Source of the DNA: Clostridia bacterium
Lineage (GTDB): Bacteria > Bacillota > Clostridia > Christensenellales > CAG-138
Direction: 5' to 3'
Length of the DNA stretch: 64,000 nucleotides
NCBI GenBank assembly: GCA_036652795.1
Contig: JAVVVD010000006.1
Location: 8,164 to 72,163 of the forward strand
This document shows, piece by piece, positions 9,114 to 19,347 of this stretch. The position numbers and the translations under genes were made by a program. Numbering within the stretch: the first letter of the stretch is position 1; the number at the start of each line of letters is the position of its first letter. The notes below the pieces were generated by a model that did no database searches, was not told the origin of the DNA, and saw nothing but the letters and a program-made list of their open reading frames with translations.

Positions 9114-10025
9114 TTAGCTTTCTGGTGTATTACTAAAATAATTGATAACAGCCCATTCCGATGCGCGCCTTACCGCCTCAAATGGGGAGGAGTGCGCTGC
9201 ACGTATCTCGGACTCAAAGCGGCCATCGCGGGCGGCAAAGGCAATCGCTTCAGCCGTCAGCTTTCCATTTGCAGACATGTTGCGCCCTACAAGCTTACGT
9301 GCAGCTGAGGCGTTGCCCATTATAAGCTGTTTTGTATCGAACGCTTTGAGCACGTTGGCATCGGGTTCAGCAATGGGTATATGGCTGTTAAAAGGACATG
9401 CAAACATACAGGCCTCGCACCCAATATACCAGCGTTGACGCCGCATTATATCCGCCGGGTGCAGAGCGCCATCCATAGAAAACCGTATGCAGTGTGCAAC
9501 GTGCAACCTATCGGTGATGGCATGTGATGGGCAGGCATCGGCGCAGGCAGAGCAGCCAGTGTGGCAATGCGGCGCAAAGAGCGATTCGGTGCGCGGCGGG
9601 ATATCGGTAAGCAGCGTATACAGGGTAACGCGGGAGCCGTAGGGCGGCAGGCGCAGCAGCCCGTTTTTACCGACAACGCCTATGTTATAATGCAAGGCAA
9701 GGGCGCGTGCGGGGAGCTGGGCAAGCTCGGCGTAAGCACCGTTTTCGCATAGCTCGGCCGCCAGCATCTTTGCGGCATGATATGCGGCATTGCTTGCCAC
9801 ATAGTAGGCGCCTATGCGGCTATCCTGCGGGTATGGCGCATATGGGAAAACCAGCAACACTACGCTTTGGGCGCGCGGATAAAGGGAGCTGATATCATGC
9901 TCAAGGTGTGTGCCGCAGCGTGTGGCTTGAGCCGCTATTTGCCAATCGTTAAGGGGGGTGGGCGGAAGAAAGAAAATCCGACCAAAGCCCAAGTGCTGTG
10001 CAGCTTTTTCAACAAATTCGTGCAT
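9114..10025 (-). CDS. Epoxyqueuosine reductase (QueG)-like 4Fe-4S dicluster protein
   Basis: Two Cys clusters (CHTGCSACADACP, CEACMFACP) and a HEAT-like C-terminus. It is shorter than canonical QueG. There is no SD; see the leaderless promoter feature at 10032-10083. Confidence 0.45.
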   Translation of the reverse strand: MHEFVEKAAQHLGFGRIFFLPPTPLNDWQIAAQATRCGTHLEHDISSLYPRAQSVVLLVFPYAPYPQDSRIGAYYVASNAAYHAAKMLAAELCENGAYAELAQLPARALALHYNIGVVGKNGLLRLPPYGSRVTLYTLLTDIPPRTESLFAPHCHTGCSACADACPSHAITDRLHVAHCIRFSMDGALHPADIMRRQRWYIGCEACMFACPFNSHIPIAEPDANVLKAFDTKQLIMGNASAARKLVGRNMSANGKLTAEAIAFAARDGRFESEIRAAHSSPFEAVRRASEWAVINYFSNTPES

Positions 10026-10031
10026 ACTGGG

Positions 10032-10083
10032 ATTATAATACGGTATACAGGCCGTTGCAACAATAAGCGGGGAGGCGTATACT
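10032..10083. promoter_or_regulatory. Back-to-back divergent promoters sharing one palindromic -35 hexamer
   Basis: Plus strand: TTGCAA (10055-10060), 17 nt, TATACT (10078-10083), 6 nt, ATG of copA (10090). Minus strand: the same TTGCAA, 17 nt, TATAAT (10037-10032), 6 nt, ATG of the queG-like gene (10025). Confidence 0.5.
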
Positions 10084-10089
10084 CCAAAT

Positions 10090-12582
10090 ATGAAAAAAGA
10101 AACATTTTATATAACAGGTATGAGCTGCTCGGCGTGTGTGGCTCATGTGGAAAACAGTGTAAAGAAGCTCAGCGGACTCAAGGATGTATCCGTAAGCTTG
10201 CTGACAAACTCAATGAGTGCTACATATGATGACGGCATATTGACTGCTAATGCGATATTGGCGGCCGTAAAGGCGGCGGGCTATGGTGCGAGTGCGCAGG
10301 GAAAAGGCGCGCGGGATGATACGTTGGAGAAGGATATGCGTATTATGCGCAGTCGGCTGCTGCTTTCAATTTTGCTGCTTGTGTTGCTGATGTATGTGTC
10401 GATGCAGCATATGACGCATTTGCCGCTGCCGGCGTTTTTGCTGGGCGTGCCCAATGCAGGCCGTTTTGCGCTTTGTCAGCTGTTGCTGACGCTGCCGATA
10501 GTTTATCTTAACCGTAAATACTATTATTCCGGCTTTAAGGCCATTATGCTGGGCGCGCCCAATATGGATTCTCTTATCGCCATAGGTTCGCTTGCGGCGC
10601 TGCTGTATGGTGCGTATGTGTTTATAAAGATACTCATCGGCCTTGCGTCAGGCAATATGGCAACGGTGGAGCGCTTCGCGATGGATCTTTACTTTGAGAG
10701 CGCTGCAATGATACTTACGCTGGTGACGCTGGGTAAATATCTTGAAACTCGAGCACGCCGCCGTACGGGCGACGCTATACGCAAGCTGATGGAGCTTGCG
10801 CCGCGCCAGGCTACGGTAAAACGGGATGTAGAGGTGATTGTTCCTGCCGATGAAGTGCAGATTGGCGAAACATGCATAGTTCGTCCCGGTAGCGCTATTC
10901 CGGTGGATGGGGTAGTAACGGCAGGATTTACTAGCGTAGATGAATCCGCATTGACAGGCGAGAGCATTCCGGCCGAAAAGCGATTGGGCGATAAGGTGTT
11001 TGCGGGCACTGTGAATGGTGCGGGCTATATAGAATTCAACGTGAGCCAAGCGGCGCAGGATACTACGCTTGCACGCATGATAAGGCTGGTTGAGGAGGCT
11101 GGAGCCTCAAAAGCGCCAATCGCCAAAACGGCCGATAGGGTTGCGGCGGTGTTTGTACCAGTGGTGATGGGCATAGCGGTGTTGACGCTTGCGATATGGC
11201 TTATAGCGGGTGAGGGCGCGGAATTTGCGCTGAGCCGCGCAATCTCGGTGCTGGTGATCTCCTGCCCCTGCGCACTGGGTCTGGCTACGCCTGTGGCGAT
11301 AATGGCGGGCACAGGCGTGGGTGCGCAACAGGGAATTTTGATAAAATCAGCAGAAGCGCTTGAAACGCTGCATAGGATAGACACGGTGGTGCTGGATAAA
11401 ACGGGTACACTAACCGTGGGAAAGCCAATGGTAACAGATATATTGCCCCGTGGCATAGATAATGAAAAACTGCTTGGGATAGCCGCGACATTGGAGACGC
11501 AAAGCGAGCATCCGCTGGCTGAGGCAGTGCTTACTGCTGCCAAGGCGCGGGGAATAAGGCTCAACAGCGCGGCGGACTTTACCTATACGCCAGGCCGTGG
11601 TATAGCGGCAAGCGTAGATGGCGTACCCTGTTTGCTTGGCAATGCGGCGCTGCTGAGTGAAGCCGGCGTGGACGCACAGGCACTGGAAGCGGATGCGCGG
11701 GCGTTGGCGCAGGAGGGCAAAACACCGCTGTATGTTGCAATGGGCGGCAAACCGGTTGGCGTGATAGCCGCCGCTGATCTGCCAAAGCCCAGCAGCCGAG
11801 CAGCCGTTGACGAGCTTATAGGCATGGGCCTAACCCCCATAATGCTAACCGGTGATAACAGGCGTACGGCGGAAGCCACGGCGCGGACGCTTGGCATAAA
11901 GCTGGTATATGCTGAGGTAATGCCTGAGGATAAGGAACGCGTGGTGGCGGAGCTTATGCAATCCGGGAAACGGGTTGCCATGGTTGGGGACGGGATAAAT
12001 GATGCCGTGGCGCTCATGCGTGCGAATGTGGGCTTTGCATTGGGTGCGGGTACGGATATCGCAATGGACAGCGCCGATATAGTGCTTACAAAAAGCGATC
12101 TCACAGCCGTGGCAAACGCTGTGCGGCTTTCACGTGCAGTAATGCGCAACATCAAGCAAAATCTTTTCTGGGCGTTTTTCTATAATTGCGTTGGTATACC
12201 GCTTGCCGCAGGTGCGCTGTACGTGCCATTTGGAATAGTGCTAAGCCCAATGATTGCCGCTGCCGCCATGAGCCTAAGCTCGATTTTCGTGGTTGGAAAC
12301 GCGTTAAGGCTAAAGCTGTTTAAGCCACACTTGGCGTATTACATAAAAAAGGATGGAAATGATATTATGACAACAAGACTGATACGTATAGAGGGAATGA
12401 TGTGTGCGCACTGCAAATCACATGTTGAACAGGCGCTCACGGCTATTGAGGGCGTAAGTGCCATTGTGGATCTGGCGGCAAACACCGCTCAGGTGCGTGC
12501 GCCACAGGGCGTTAGCGATGAAGTGCTTGCGGCTGCGGTCAGTGCAGCGGGTTATAGGGTAATGGGTATAGAGATAATATAA
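10090..12582 (+). CDS. copA: Copper-translocating P1B-type ATPase with N- and C-terminal HMA domains
   Basis: N-terminal [13 protein letters not shown] motif ([11 protein letters not shown]), DKTGTLT, GDGINDAP-like (GDGINDAV), and a C-terminal second HMA ([11 protein letters not shown], aa 760-830). Confidence 0.95.
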   Translation: MKKETFYITGMSCSACVAHVENSVKKLSGLKDVSVSLLTNSMSATYDDGILTANAILAAVKAAGYGASAQGKGARDDTLEKDMRIMRSRLLLSILLLVLLMYVSMQHMTHLPLPAFLLGVPNAGRFALCQLLLTLPIVYLNRKYYYSGFKAIMLGAPNMDSLIAIGSLAALLYGAYVFIKILIGLASGNMATVERFAMDLYFESAAMILTLVTLGKYLETRARRRTGDAIRKLMELAPRQATVKRDVEVIVPADEVQIGETCIVRPGSAIPVDGVVTAGFTSVDESALTGESIPAEKRLGDKVFAGTVNGAGYIEFNVSQAAQDTTLARMIRLVEEAGASKAPIAKTADRVAAVFVPVVMGIAVLTLAIWLIAGEGAEFALSRAISVLVISCPCALGLATPVAIMAGTGVGAQQGILIKSAEALETLHRIDTVVLDKTGTLTVGKPMVTDILPRGIDNEKLLGIAATLETQSEHPLAEAVLTAAKARGIRLNSAADFTYTPGRGIAASVDGVPCLLGNAALLSEAGVDAQALEADARALAQEGKTPLYVAMGGKPVGVIAAADLPKPSSRAAVDELIGMGLTPIMLTGDNRRTAEATARTLGIKLVYAEVMPEDKERVVAELMQSGKRVAMVGDGINDAVALMRANVGFALGAGTDIAMDSADIVLTKSDLTAVANAVRLSRAVMRNIKQNLFWAFFYNCVGIPLAAGALYVPFGIVLSPMIAAAAMSLSSIFVVGNALRLKLFKPHLAYYIKKDGNDIMTTRLIRIEGMMCAHCKSHVEQALTAIEGVSAIVDLAANTAQVRAPQGVSDEVLAAAVSAAGYRVMGIEII

Positions 12583-12596
12583 GGAGGAAGATTGTT

Positions 12597-13160
12597 ATGT
12601 TCTGTAGTAGATGCGGAAAACGCATGGAAGAAGGCTCGGTATTTTGCTCTGGATGCGGCTCGCATCTGGGTGCGGCGAATATGGAGACTGAATCGACCAT
12701 GCAGATAATTGAGGACGGCAAACAGGGTGCGCAGGATCAAAGCGAACATATGTATACGCCGGGGAATATACCGCCTGAAGATCATGGTGGCATCAAGCTT
12801 GACAACACCGCCATATGGATAATGGCATTATTGCCGGTAATAGGCATTATAGCCACGTTGGTGCTTATACCTGTAAGTATACCGCTTGCGATCTTAGTAT
12901 GTTTGCTTATCGTTGCGGGCGATGCGGCGCTGTATGTGATGGATAAAAGGCAGTTTGATGATGGTGCGCTAAGCGGGTGGGGCTGGACGGCTATAGTCGT
13001 GCCGGTGGTGTATCTATACATGCGCGCGGCGAAGTTCGATAAAAAATATGCTCCGGCAGTGACCCATTCGGTAATACTGGTCATAAACAGCATGGTAATC
13101 ATTATGTATAGCATGTTTATGGTATCCAGATACCTCTTTGAACATGTGCAGATGTGGTAA
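12597..13160 (+). CDS. Zinc-ribbon domain membrane protein
   Basis: N-terminal CSRCGKRM...CSGCG zinc ribbon, then about four TM helices. AAGGAGGAAG SD upstream. Confidence 0.6.
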   Translation: MFCSRCGKRMEEGSVFCSGCGSHLGAANMETESTMQIIEDGKQGAQDQSEHMYTPGNIPPEDHGGIKLDNTAIWIMALLPVIGIIATLVLIPVSIPLAILVCLLIVAGDAALYVMDKRQFDDGALSGWGWTAIVVPVVYLYMRAAKFDKKYAPAVTHSVILVINSMVIIMYSMFMVSRYLFEHVQMW

Positions 13161-13177
13161 TTATACCCCAATAGCAG

Positions 13178-13222
13178 AATACGCCGCGCTCACACTGGCT
13201 GTGGGCGTGGCGTATTTATATT
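13178..13222. terminator. Terminator between convergent genes
   Basis: aatacgccgcgctcaca-ctggc-tgtgggcgtggcgtatt (about 17-bp stem including G:U pairs), followed by tatatt. Confidence 0.7.
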
Positions 13223-13241
13223 GCTCCGTGATTTTTTACCC

Positions 13242-14492
13242 TTAGCCAATGGAAACATCTGGATCAGGAAGTATCTGCTCGCCATCTGTAGGGGGCTGCC
13301 ATACCTCAGGATCCTGAGGTATGTTAGGATCTTCCTCCCAAAGGTATTCATTTTCATATTGGGCCTCAAGCGCAAGCTGTGCCGCAATCGCTTCAATGGC
13401 GGAAACGTCTATCTCAGGGTCCACAACAACGTTAACACCGAACACATCCTTAACAAGCTGTTCGATTTTATTCGCCTTTACAGCCCAGCATGAGGCTTTG
13501 CCCACGTTAATCGCCCTGCCCTCTATTGTGTAGCGGTTAAGCTGATCCATATCCATGCGCAAGCCCACAAGCGCCAACGAGGATATCTGCACAAAGCTGA
13601 GATTTGTTGCAATGTTCGCCTGCAACGCCGTGTATACCTGAGGTATGTTGACTATCTGCCCTGAGGTTTTAAGCTGATCAAGTATTGCGGATAACATGCG
13701 CTGCTGCCTGTCTATGCGGCGTATATCGGAATCCGCCTTACGCATACGGCAATAATCAAGTACCTGCTGCCCGTTTAGGTGCTGGAAACCAACTTCAAGT
13801 GTGCGTCCGTTCATATGTATAGGCACGTCAACATCGTAATCCACGCCACCCATTGCATCCACTACCTGCTTCACGGCGTTCATGTTGACGCACATATAAT
13901 AATTAATGGGAATACCGCCAAGCATCATGCTTACGGTTTTCATGGTATACTCATACCCGCTCTTTTTTGCACCCCCACCTTTGGGAAATGCGGCGTTTAT
14001 TTTGTTGTAGGGCGAAAGCTCGTTAGCCAGGTTGCCCTTTGAGGTATATATTTTTACATAACTGTCCCTAGGCACGGATATCATATCTACCTTGTTGGTT
14101 TCAAAATCTATGCTTACAATTATTATCGTATCCGTACGGAACGAGCCCCAGTTTTCGCGCTCTGTACTCTCGTCAATGCCAAGCAGCAGGATGTTTACGC
14201 GGTTCTTCATAAATTCAATATCCGACTGCGACAACAAGACCACCTCGGGGTCAGGCGTGGGAGAGGGCGATGGGGTTGGTGCCGCGCTTGCGCTGGGTGT
14301 TGGTGCAATGGGCGGCGGCGTAGGGGTGTTTTGGTTAAACAGGCCAAGTGGGTTTTGTATATCGCGCACAAATTTTACACCAACGATTACGCCAACCAGC
14401 AACAGCGCGGTAAGCGTAAGCAATATCGCGGTGAGTACCGGCCTTTTTTTCTTTGTGTTTTTGGTTATCTTTTCCAATTTATATTTTCCCAT
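13242..14492 (-). CDS. LytR-CpsA-Psr (LCP) family cell-wall glycopolymer transferase
   Basis: N-terminal TM helix, a Pro/Ser/Thr linker, and the LCP core NILLLGIDES...RTDTIIIVSID...ISVPRDSYV. Confidence 0.85.
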   Translation of the reverse strand: MGKYKLEKITKNTKKKRPVLTAILLTLTALLLVGVIVGVKFVRDIQNPLGLFNQNTPTPPPIAPTPSASAAPTPSPSPTPDPEVVLLSQSDIEFMKNRVNILLLGIDESTERENWGSFRTDTIIIVSIDFETNKVDMISVPRDSYVKIYTSKGNLANELSPYNKINAAFPKGGGAKKSGYEYTMKTVSMMLGGIPINYYMCVNMNAVKQVVDAMGGVDYDVDVPIHMNGRTLEVGFQHLNGQQVLDYCRMRKADSDIRRIDRQQRMLSAILDQLKTSGQIVNIPQVYTALQANIATNLSFVQISSLALVGLRMDMDQLNRYTIEGRAINVGKASCWAVKANKIEQLVKDVFGVNVVVDPEIDVSAIEAIAAQLALEAQYENEYLWEEDPNIPQDPEVWQPPTDGEQILPDPDVSIG

Positions 14493-14762
14493 CCTTACAG
14501 TATGGCTTCTTTAGCGGCAAGCCATAACACATTACTTATAATATAGCGCAAAGCAAAATATAATGCCGGGAAACCGTGCTGCATTTGCACAGGCAGAGCG
14601 GCTGCACCAGACCCAACATAGATTATACTGCATTTTTTTGCTTTTACAACGACAAAATCTGTGAATAATCGATTAAAACTACCGCTAATCGACGCAAGCG
14701 TGTATGCTAAAATATAAGGGTTGATAGGTTATTTGAAGATAAGCATACTAATGATATGCGCT

Positions 14763-15854
14763 TTAGTGCCAAGGCAGCGGTAGCACAATGGTCTCATCGT
14801 CTGGATCGGCTGCATATTTCTCTGTTTGATGCTCGGGGGTATCATAGTATACATAGTCGTTTAGCAGCGGGGAATATGAAAGTATACGCATTTGCGCGGA
14901 TGCTTCATCGATCTGAATAAAGCGCATATAGCCACCGCCGCCCTGCGTTTGAGCCGCCTGATAGTTGCCCATTATCTGATATACGCTCCGCTCAGCCGTG
15001 CCGTTGCCATCATCGTCAAAATGGCTTACAGTATGGCCTATGTTGTAGCGGTGGCCGCACAGCAGCATATATACGTTGGGATTTTCGGAGATTACTCTAT
15101 CGAATATCGCCTGTCCGTTATCCGATAGCTCCATGGATGTTTTAAAGTAATCATGGGTGCATAAAATACCAACCCTGTCTGGATATGCTCGAAGCGCCTG
15201 ATTTACCCACTCGTAGGCCGCCGGGGTGGGCGGATATCCGATAAATACGAATATATAGTTGGTTTCACCAGCATCAATCAGGTCGTAGTGGCACCGGTTA
15301 TCCTCGAAGGAGCCGCCATAGTATGAAAAGTCCTCAAAGCGTGATTTGCCAAAATAACGGCAAAAATTGCTGTAATTTGCATTTGAAAAGTTTGAATCAT
15401 GGTTGCCGGCCAGTACGCCGTAGGGTATACCTTTAAGATTGTCCATGGCGGCAGAGGCTGTTTGCCACTCGCCCTCACTGCCAAAGTTATGTATGAGATC
15501 GCCCGTGTGCAGTGCATATCTAAGATCAAGCCTTTCGCGGTTGCGGGCAAGAAAATCGGTCATCACATAGAACACGCGCGGGTATTCCTCACTGTAATGC
15601 TGCGTATCGGATAGCCACGCAAAGGTATATACACCGTTTTTCACGCTAAGGGCATCCTGCTTGGGTGAAGGGAGCACATACGGTGCGATTGCTGGCGCGG
15701 CGGAGTGCTTTGGAATGGCATTGGATTGAGGCTCAGGGCATACGTCGATTACCTTGGGCTGAGCGTGGCTGCATGATGTTGTGACAAGCGCACACATGGA
15801 TGCTATTATGATGATACTGAGTAAAATCCTTTTCATGAGGATAATGTACCACAT
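14763..15854 (-). CDS. Calcineurin-like metallophosphoesterase, predicted lipoprotein
   Basis: Lipobox ALVTTSC, with FAWLSDTQH, HTGDLIH, AGNHD and CGHRY metallophosphatase motifs. The start could instead be the MKRILL ATG at 15836. Confidence 0.75.
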   Translation of the reverse strand: MWYIILMKRILLSIIIIASMCALVTTSCSHAQPKVIDVCPEPQSNAIPKHSAAPAIAPYVLPSPKQDALSVKNGVYTFAWLSDTQHYSEEYPRVFYVMTDFLARNRERLDLRYALHTGDLIHNFGSEGEWQTASAAMDNLKGIPYGVLAGNHDSNFSNANYSNFCRYFGKSRFEDFSYYGGSFEDNRCHYDLIDAGETNYIFVFIGYPPTPAAYEWVNQALRAYPDRVGILCTHDYFKTSMELSDNGQAIFDRVISENPNVYMLLCGHRYNIGHTVSHFDDDGNGTAERSVYQIMGNYQAAQTQGGGGYMRFIQIDEASAQMRILSYSPLLNDYVYYDTPEHQTEKYAADPDDETIVLPLPWH

Positions 15855-15899
15855 ATTAAAGGATTATAAAACAAAAAGAAGGGAATAAGCTGAGGAATA

Positions 15900-16832
15900 A
15901 TGGGTATCCATAAAAAAGATAAAAGAATAATAGTGGTGCTTGTATGCATGGCGCTTGCCTGCTTGCCGTTGTGCGGCTGCGTGCGCCAGGATGTGCCGCC
16001 CGCGCCGGTATCAACATTGACTCCAACGCAAACTGTAGAGCAACCGTCATTGCCAGCTGAGATGGGCAAACCAGGGGAAGCTACGATACTGTTTATAAAC
16101 GTTGGAAAAGCCGACGCGGCGCTTGTAAGCATCCAAGGGCGTAATTATTTGATAGATACGGGCAGCAAGGATTCAACAGGCGCGTTGTTTGCTGCGCTGG
16201 ATTCGCAGGGCATAACGCAGCTGGATGGGGTGTTTATCACCCACACACACTCCGACCATATGGGCGGGCTAAATAAGCTTGCTGAAAGCTATAAAATTAA
16301 CATGCTATATTGCGCGCAAATCTCCATGCCAAACAAAAAAGGCGAGCACAAAATACTAAATCGTGCCACCAAGCTTGAGCTGCCAATTACCGCGCTTGCG
16401 GCAGGGGATCAGATAGCCGCGGGGCAGGCGAGCTTCAAGGTGTTGGGACCTTTGGCACTCGACAAGGATGATGATAACGACAACTCGCTGGTTTTGCGGC
16501 TGAGCGTGAACGGTGCCAATATACTGTTTACAGGGGATATGCAGTTTGCCGAGGAAAACATGCTGCTAAATGCTGGAGCTGAGCTTTTATCAGATGTATT
16601 AAAGGTGGGGAATCACGGCAATCCGGATGCGACAAGCGATGAATTTGCCACTGCGGTGTCGCCGCGATTTGCGGTGATATCCACGGATACAACGGTGGAT
16701 ACGGATTCCGCAAATGTGCGGGTTAAGGATACACTTGCCGGCGCGCAGATGCATATTACGCAGGATTATCGACTTGGTGTGCGCGTTACGGTAGCATCGG
16801 ATGGTGAAATAAACGTGCATGAGGGAGAATAA
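15900..16832 (+). CDS. ComEC/Rec2-type metallo-beta-lactamase-fold hydrolase, predicted lipoprotein
   Basis: Lipobox LPLCGC, ILFINVGKADAALV, HTHSDHMGG, LFTGDM and LKVGNHGNPDATS. This pattern matches the COG2333 (ComEC C-terminal) MBL domain. Confidence 0.7.
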   Translation: MGIHKKDKRIIVVLVCMALACLPLCGCVRQDVPPAPVSTLTPTQTVEQPSLPAEMGKPGEATILFINVGKADAALVSIQGRNYLIDTGSKDSTGALFAALDSQGITQLDGVFITHTHSDHMGGLNKLAESYKINMLYCAQISMPNKKGEHKILNRATKLELPITALAAGDQIAAGQASFKVLGPLALDKDDDNDNSLVLRLSVNGANILFTGDMQFAEENMLLNAGAELLSDVLKVGNHGNPDATSDEFATAVSPRFAVISTDTTVDTDSANVRVKDTLAGAQMHITQDYRLGVRVTVASDGEINVHEGE

Positions 16833-16959
16833 TGCTAAAAATTGCCTGTTTATTAACGCCATATAGCGATGGTGTTAACGGTGTGTAAACATGGCGGGCG
16901 GGGCATTGAAAGTGGTATAGGGGCATAGTATACTCCAAATGAACAGGAGGTAGTATACC

Positions 16960-17322
16960 GTGAAAAAAACAGTAGTTTCCATTGTCCTTATAGTAGTAAT
17001 AATGCTGTGCGCATGTAGCATGGCAGCTAATAACAAGGCCAATCTTATAATAGTAAACCGCTCCGATGTGAAGGTAGGCACGGTAACAGCGGACGGCAAG
17101 GTGGCAAAAAATGCCAATGACTCTCCGCTTGTACTGGATCAATCGGTATCATTTGAATTTGGCAATGTGGATAGCTATACGTTCGACGTGGCGGTTGCGG
17201 ATGTCGATGATAGGATACTTACGCTAAACACCTTTACAATGACGTTTAAAGAAGGGGAAAAGCAAACGTTATACATCGTTGCCGATACTAACGGAACGGT
17301 GCGTGTAACGCAGGAGCCGTGA
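16960..17322 (+). CDS. Small hypothetical lipoprotein
   Basis: GTG start 9 nt after AGGAGG. Signal peptide with lipobox MLCACS. Confidence 0.55.
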   Translation: MKKTVVSIVLIVVIMLCACSMAANNKANLIIVNRSDVKVGTVTADGKVAKNANDSPLVLDQSVSFEFGNVDSYTFDVAVADVDDRILTLNTFTMTFKEGEKQTLYIVADTNGTVRVTQEP

Positions 17323-17342
17323 GCTTATAGATGGTGTAACAA

Positions 17343-17376
17343 TAAATGGCGTCGTTCTTAATGAACGGCGCCATTT
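17343..17376. terminator. Bidirectional terminator
   Basis: aaatggcgtcgttc-ttaat-gaacggcgccattt. Confidence 0.7.
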
Positions 17377-17407
17377 AAATATAATTTAATCCATATTGAG
17401 TGGATGG

Positions 17408-19309
17408 CTATAGTGCCTCCGCTTCATCAAGCCAAAGCCGCGAAGCGGCATCGCTGGGCATACGCCAATCGCCGCGAGGAGAGAGCGTGACAGAGCCAAC
17501 CTTAGGCCCATCGGGCATACAGGAGCGTTTGAATTGCTGTGAGAAAAAACGGCGGTAGAATACAATCATCCATTTTTTTATTGTGGGCCTGTCGTACTCA
17601 TTTGCAAAGGTGCGGCATGCCATGAAGAATATCTTTTCAGGTGAAAAGCCGAATCTGAGCATATTGTATATGAAAAAATCATGCAGCTCATAGGGCCCAA
17701 CTATATCTTCCGTGATCTGGGCATTATTTCCCGGCAGCAGCTCCGGGCTTATAGGCGTATGAAGTATTCCAAGCAACACATTGTGCAGCGTGCTTGACGC
17801 TGCGGCGCTTGCGCAGTGATCGATTATACTGCGCGCAAGCGTTTTGGGTATTGAGCCGTTAACGTTGTACATTGACATATGATCGCCATTGTAGGTTGCA
17901 AAGCCAAGGGCAAGCTCGGAAAGATCGCCTGTACCTATCACCATGCCGTTGGTTTTGTTGGCAAGATCCATAAGCACCTGTGTGCGCTCCCTAGCCTGCG
18001 CATTTTCGTATGTAACATCCTGTACGTTGACGTCATGACCTATGTCCTCAAGATGCTGAAGCACGCTTTTGGCTATATTAATTTCCATAAAGCTGACGCC
18101 AAGCTCATCGCACAGTGTTTTTGCATTGGTGTGTGTACGCTCGCTTGTACCAAAGCAGGGCATTGTCACGGCGAGAATATCGCGCTTATCGCGGCCACAT
18201 AGCTGCATTGCACGGGTGCATACCAACAGCGCCAGTGTGGAATCCAGTCCACCGGATATGCCTATCACAAGCTTTTTAGCATTTATGTGCTCTATACGCG
18301 ATTTAAGCCCATGTGCCTGCATTGTGAGAATTTCTTCACAGCGGGCGGCGCGGGTATCGTCGTTGCCGGGCACGAACGGGTGCTTTTCAAAGCTGCGGCT
18401 GCAATGTGCGTCGTTGACATCGCCAAGGGATATAACGGTATAACCCATAACATCATGCGGCTCAAACGTATTTCTGCCTATACGTTCTAGCGTCAGCTTT
18501 TCCACATCAACATCCGCAGTGATTATTCCATTTTCAAACAGCTTGCTTTCAGCGAGCAGCGTACCGTTTTCGGATATCATGTTATGCCCGGCAAACACAA
18601 CATCCGTGGTGGATTCGCCGTCGCCTGCGTCTGAATAGACATAGGCGCAGTTAAGCTTAGTGGATTGGGAAATTACGAGCATACGGCGGTAATCGCATTT
18701 GCCGACTATCTCATTGCTGGCGGAAAGGTTTGCTATCACGGTAGCGCCCGCTTCGCAGTGCTTGGTTGAAGGCGGGGAGCACACCCAAAGATCCTCGCAG
18801 ATTTCCACAGCAAGCACAAAAGCCGGTATGTTTGCCGCCGGGAAAAGGAGCTGAGTGCCAAACGGGATTTTTTGGCCAAACAAATCTATTGTTGAGGTAA
18901 GTCTGCTTGCGGGTGCAAAGTGGCGCAGCTCATAGAATTCGCCGTAGTTGGGTACGTTGGCTTTTGGCACAACGCCCAACAATTTACCGCCCTTTATCAC
19001 TGCGGCGCAGTTATAAAGCGTGCCATCCTTTGCCAGCGGCAAGCCAACAATTGCCACAACGTTAGTGCTTTGCGTATCGCGCAGTATATCCTCCAGCGCT
19101 GTTACAGCACCCTTTTGCAGGGCACTTTGCAAAAACAGATCTCCAGCAGTATAACCGGTTATACATAGCTCTGGAAACACCACGGCAGCACAGCCCAGCT
19201 TGTCCGATTCCAGAATTTGCTCTGTTATGCTTGCTGCATTATAGCAGGTGTCCGCAACGCCTATGTGTGGCGTTGCGGCGGCCATTCTGACAAATCCGTA
19301 TTTAAGCAT
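17408..19309 (-). CDS. nadE: Glutamine-dependent NAD+ synthetase
   Basis: N-terminal CN-hydrolase (nitrilase-like) domain plus a C-terminal NAD synthetase domain with the SGGLDS P-loop. AAGGAGG SD upstream. Confidence 0.9.
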   Translation of the reverse strand: MLKYGFVRMAAATPHIGVADTCYNAASITEQILESDKLGCAAVVFPELCITGYTAGDLFLQSALQKGAVTALEDILRDTQSTNVVAIVGLPLAKDGTLYNCAAVIKGGKLLGVVPKANVPNYGEFYELRHFAPASRLTSTIDLFGQKIPFGTQLLFPAANIPAFVLAVEICEDLWVCSPPSTKHCEAGATVIANLSASNEIVGKCDYRRMLVISQSTKLNCAYVYSDAGDGESTTDVVFAGHNMISENGTLLAESKLFENGIITADVDVEKLTLERIGRNTFEPHDVMGYTVISLGDVNDAHCSRSFEKHPFVPGNDDTRAARCEEILTMQAHGLKSRIEHINAKKLVIGISGGLDSTLALLVCTRAMQLCGRDKRDILAVTMPCFGTSERTHTNAKTLCDELGVSFMEINIAKSVLQHLEDIGHDVNVQDVTYENAQARERTQVLMDLANKTNGMVIGTGDLSELALGFATYNGDHMSMYNVNGSIPKTLARSIIDHCASAAASSTLHNVLLGILHTPISPELLPGNNAQITEDIVGPYELHDFFIYNMLRFGFSPEKIFFMACRTFANEYDRPTIKKWMIVFYRRFFSQQFKRSCMPDGPKVGSVTLSPRGDWRMPSDAASRLWLDEAEAL

Positions 19310-19347
19310 TAAAACCTCCTTAAAAAGTCAGGCTTGCAGTTGTGCTG

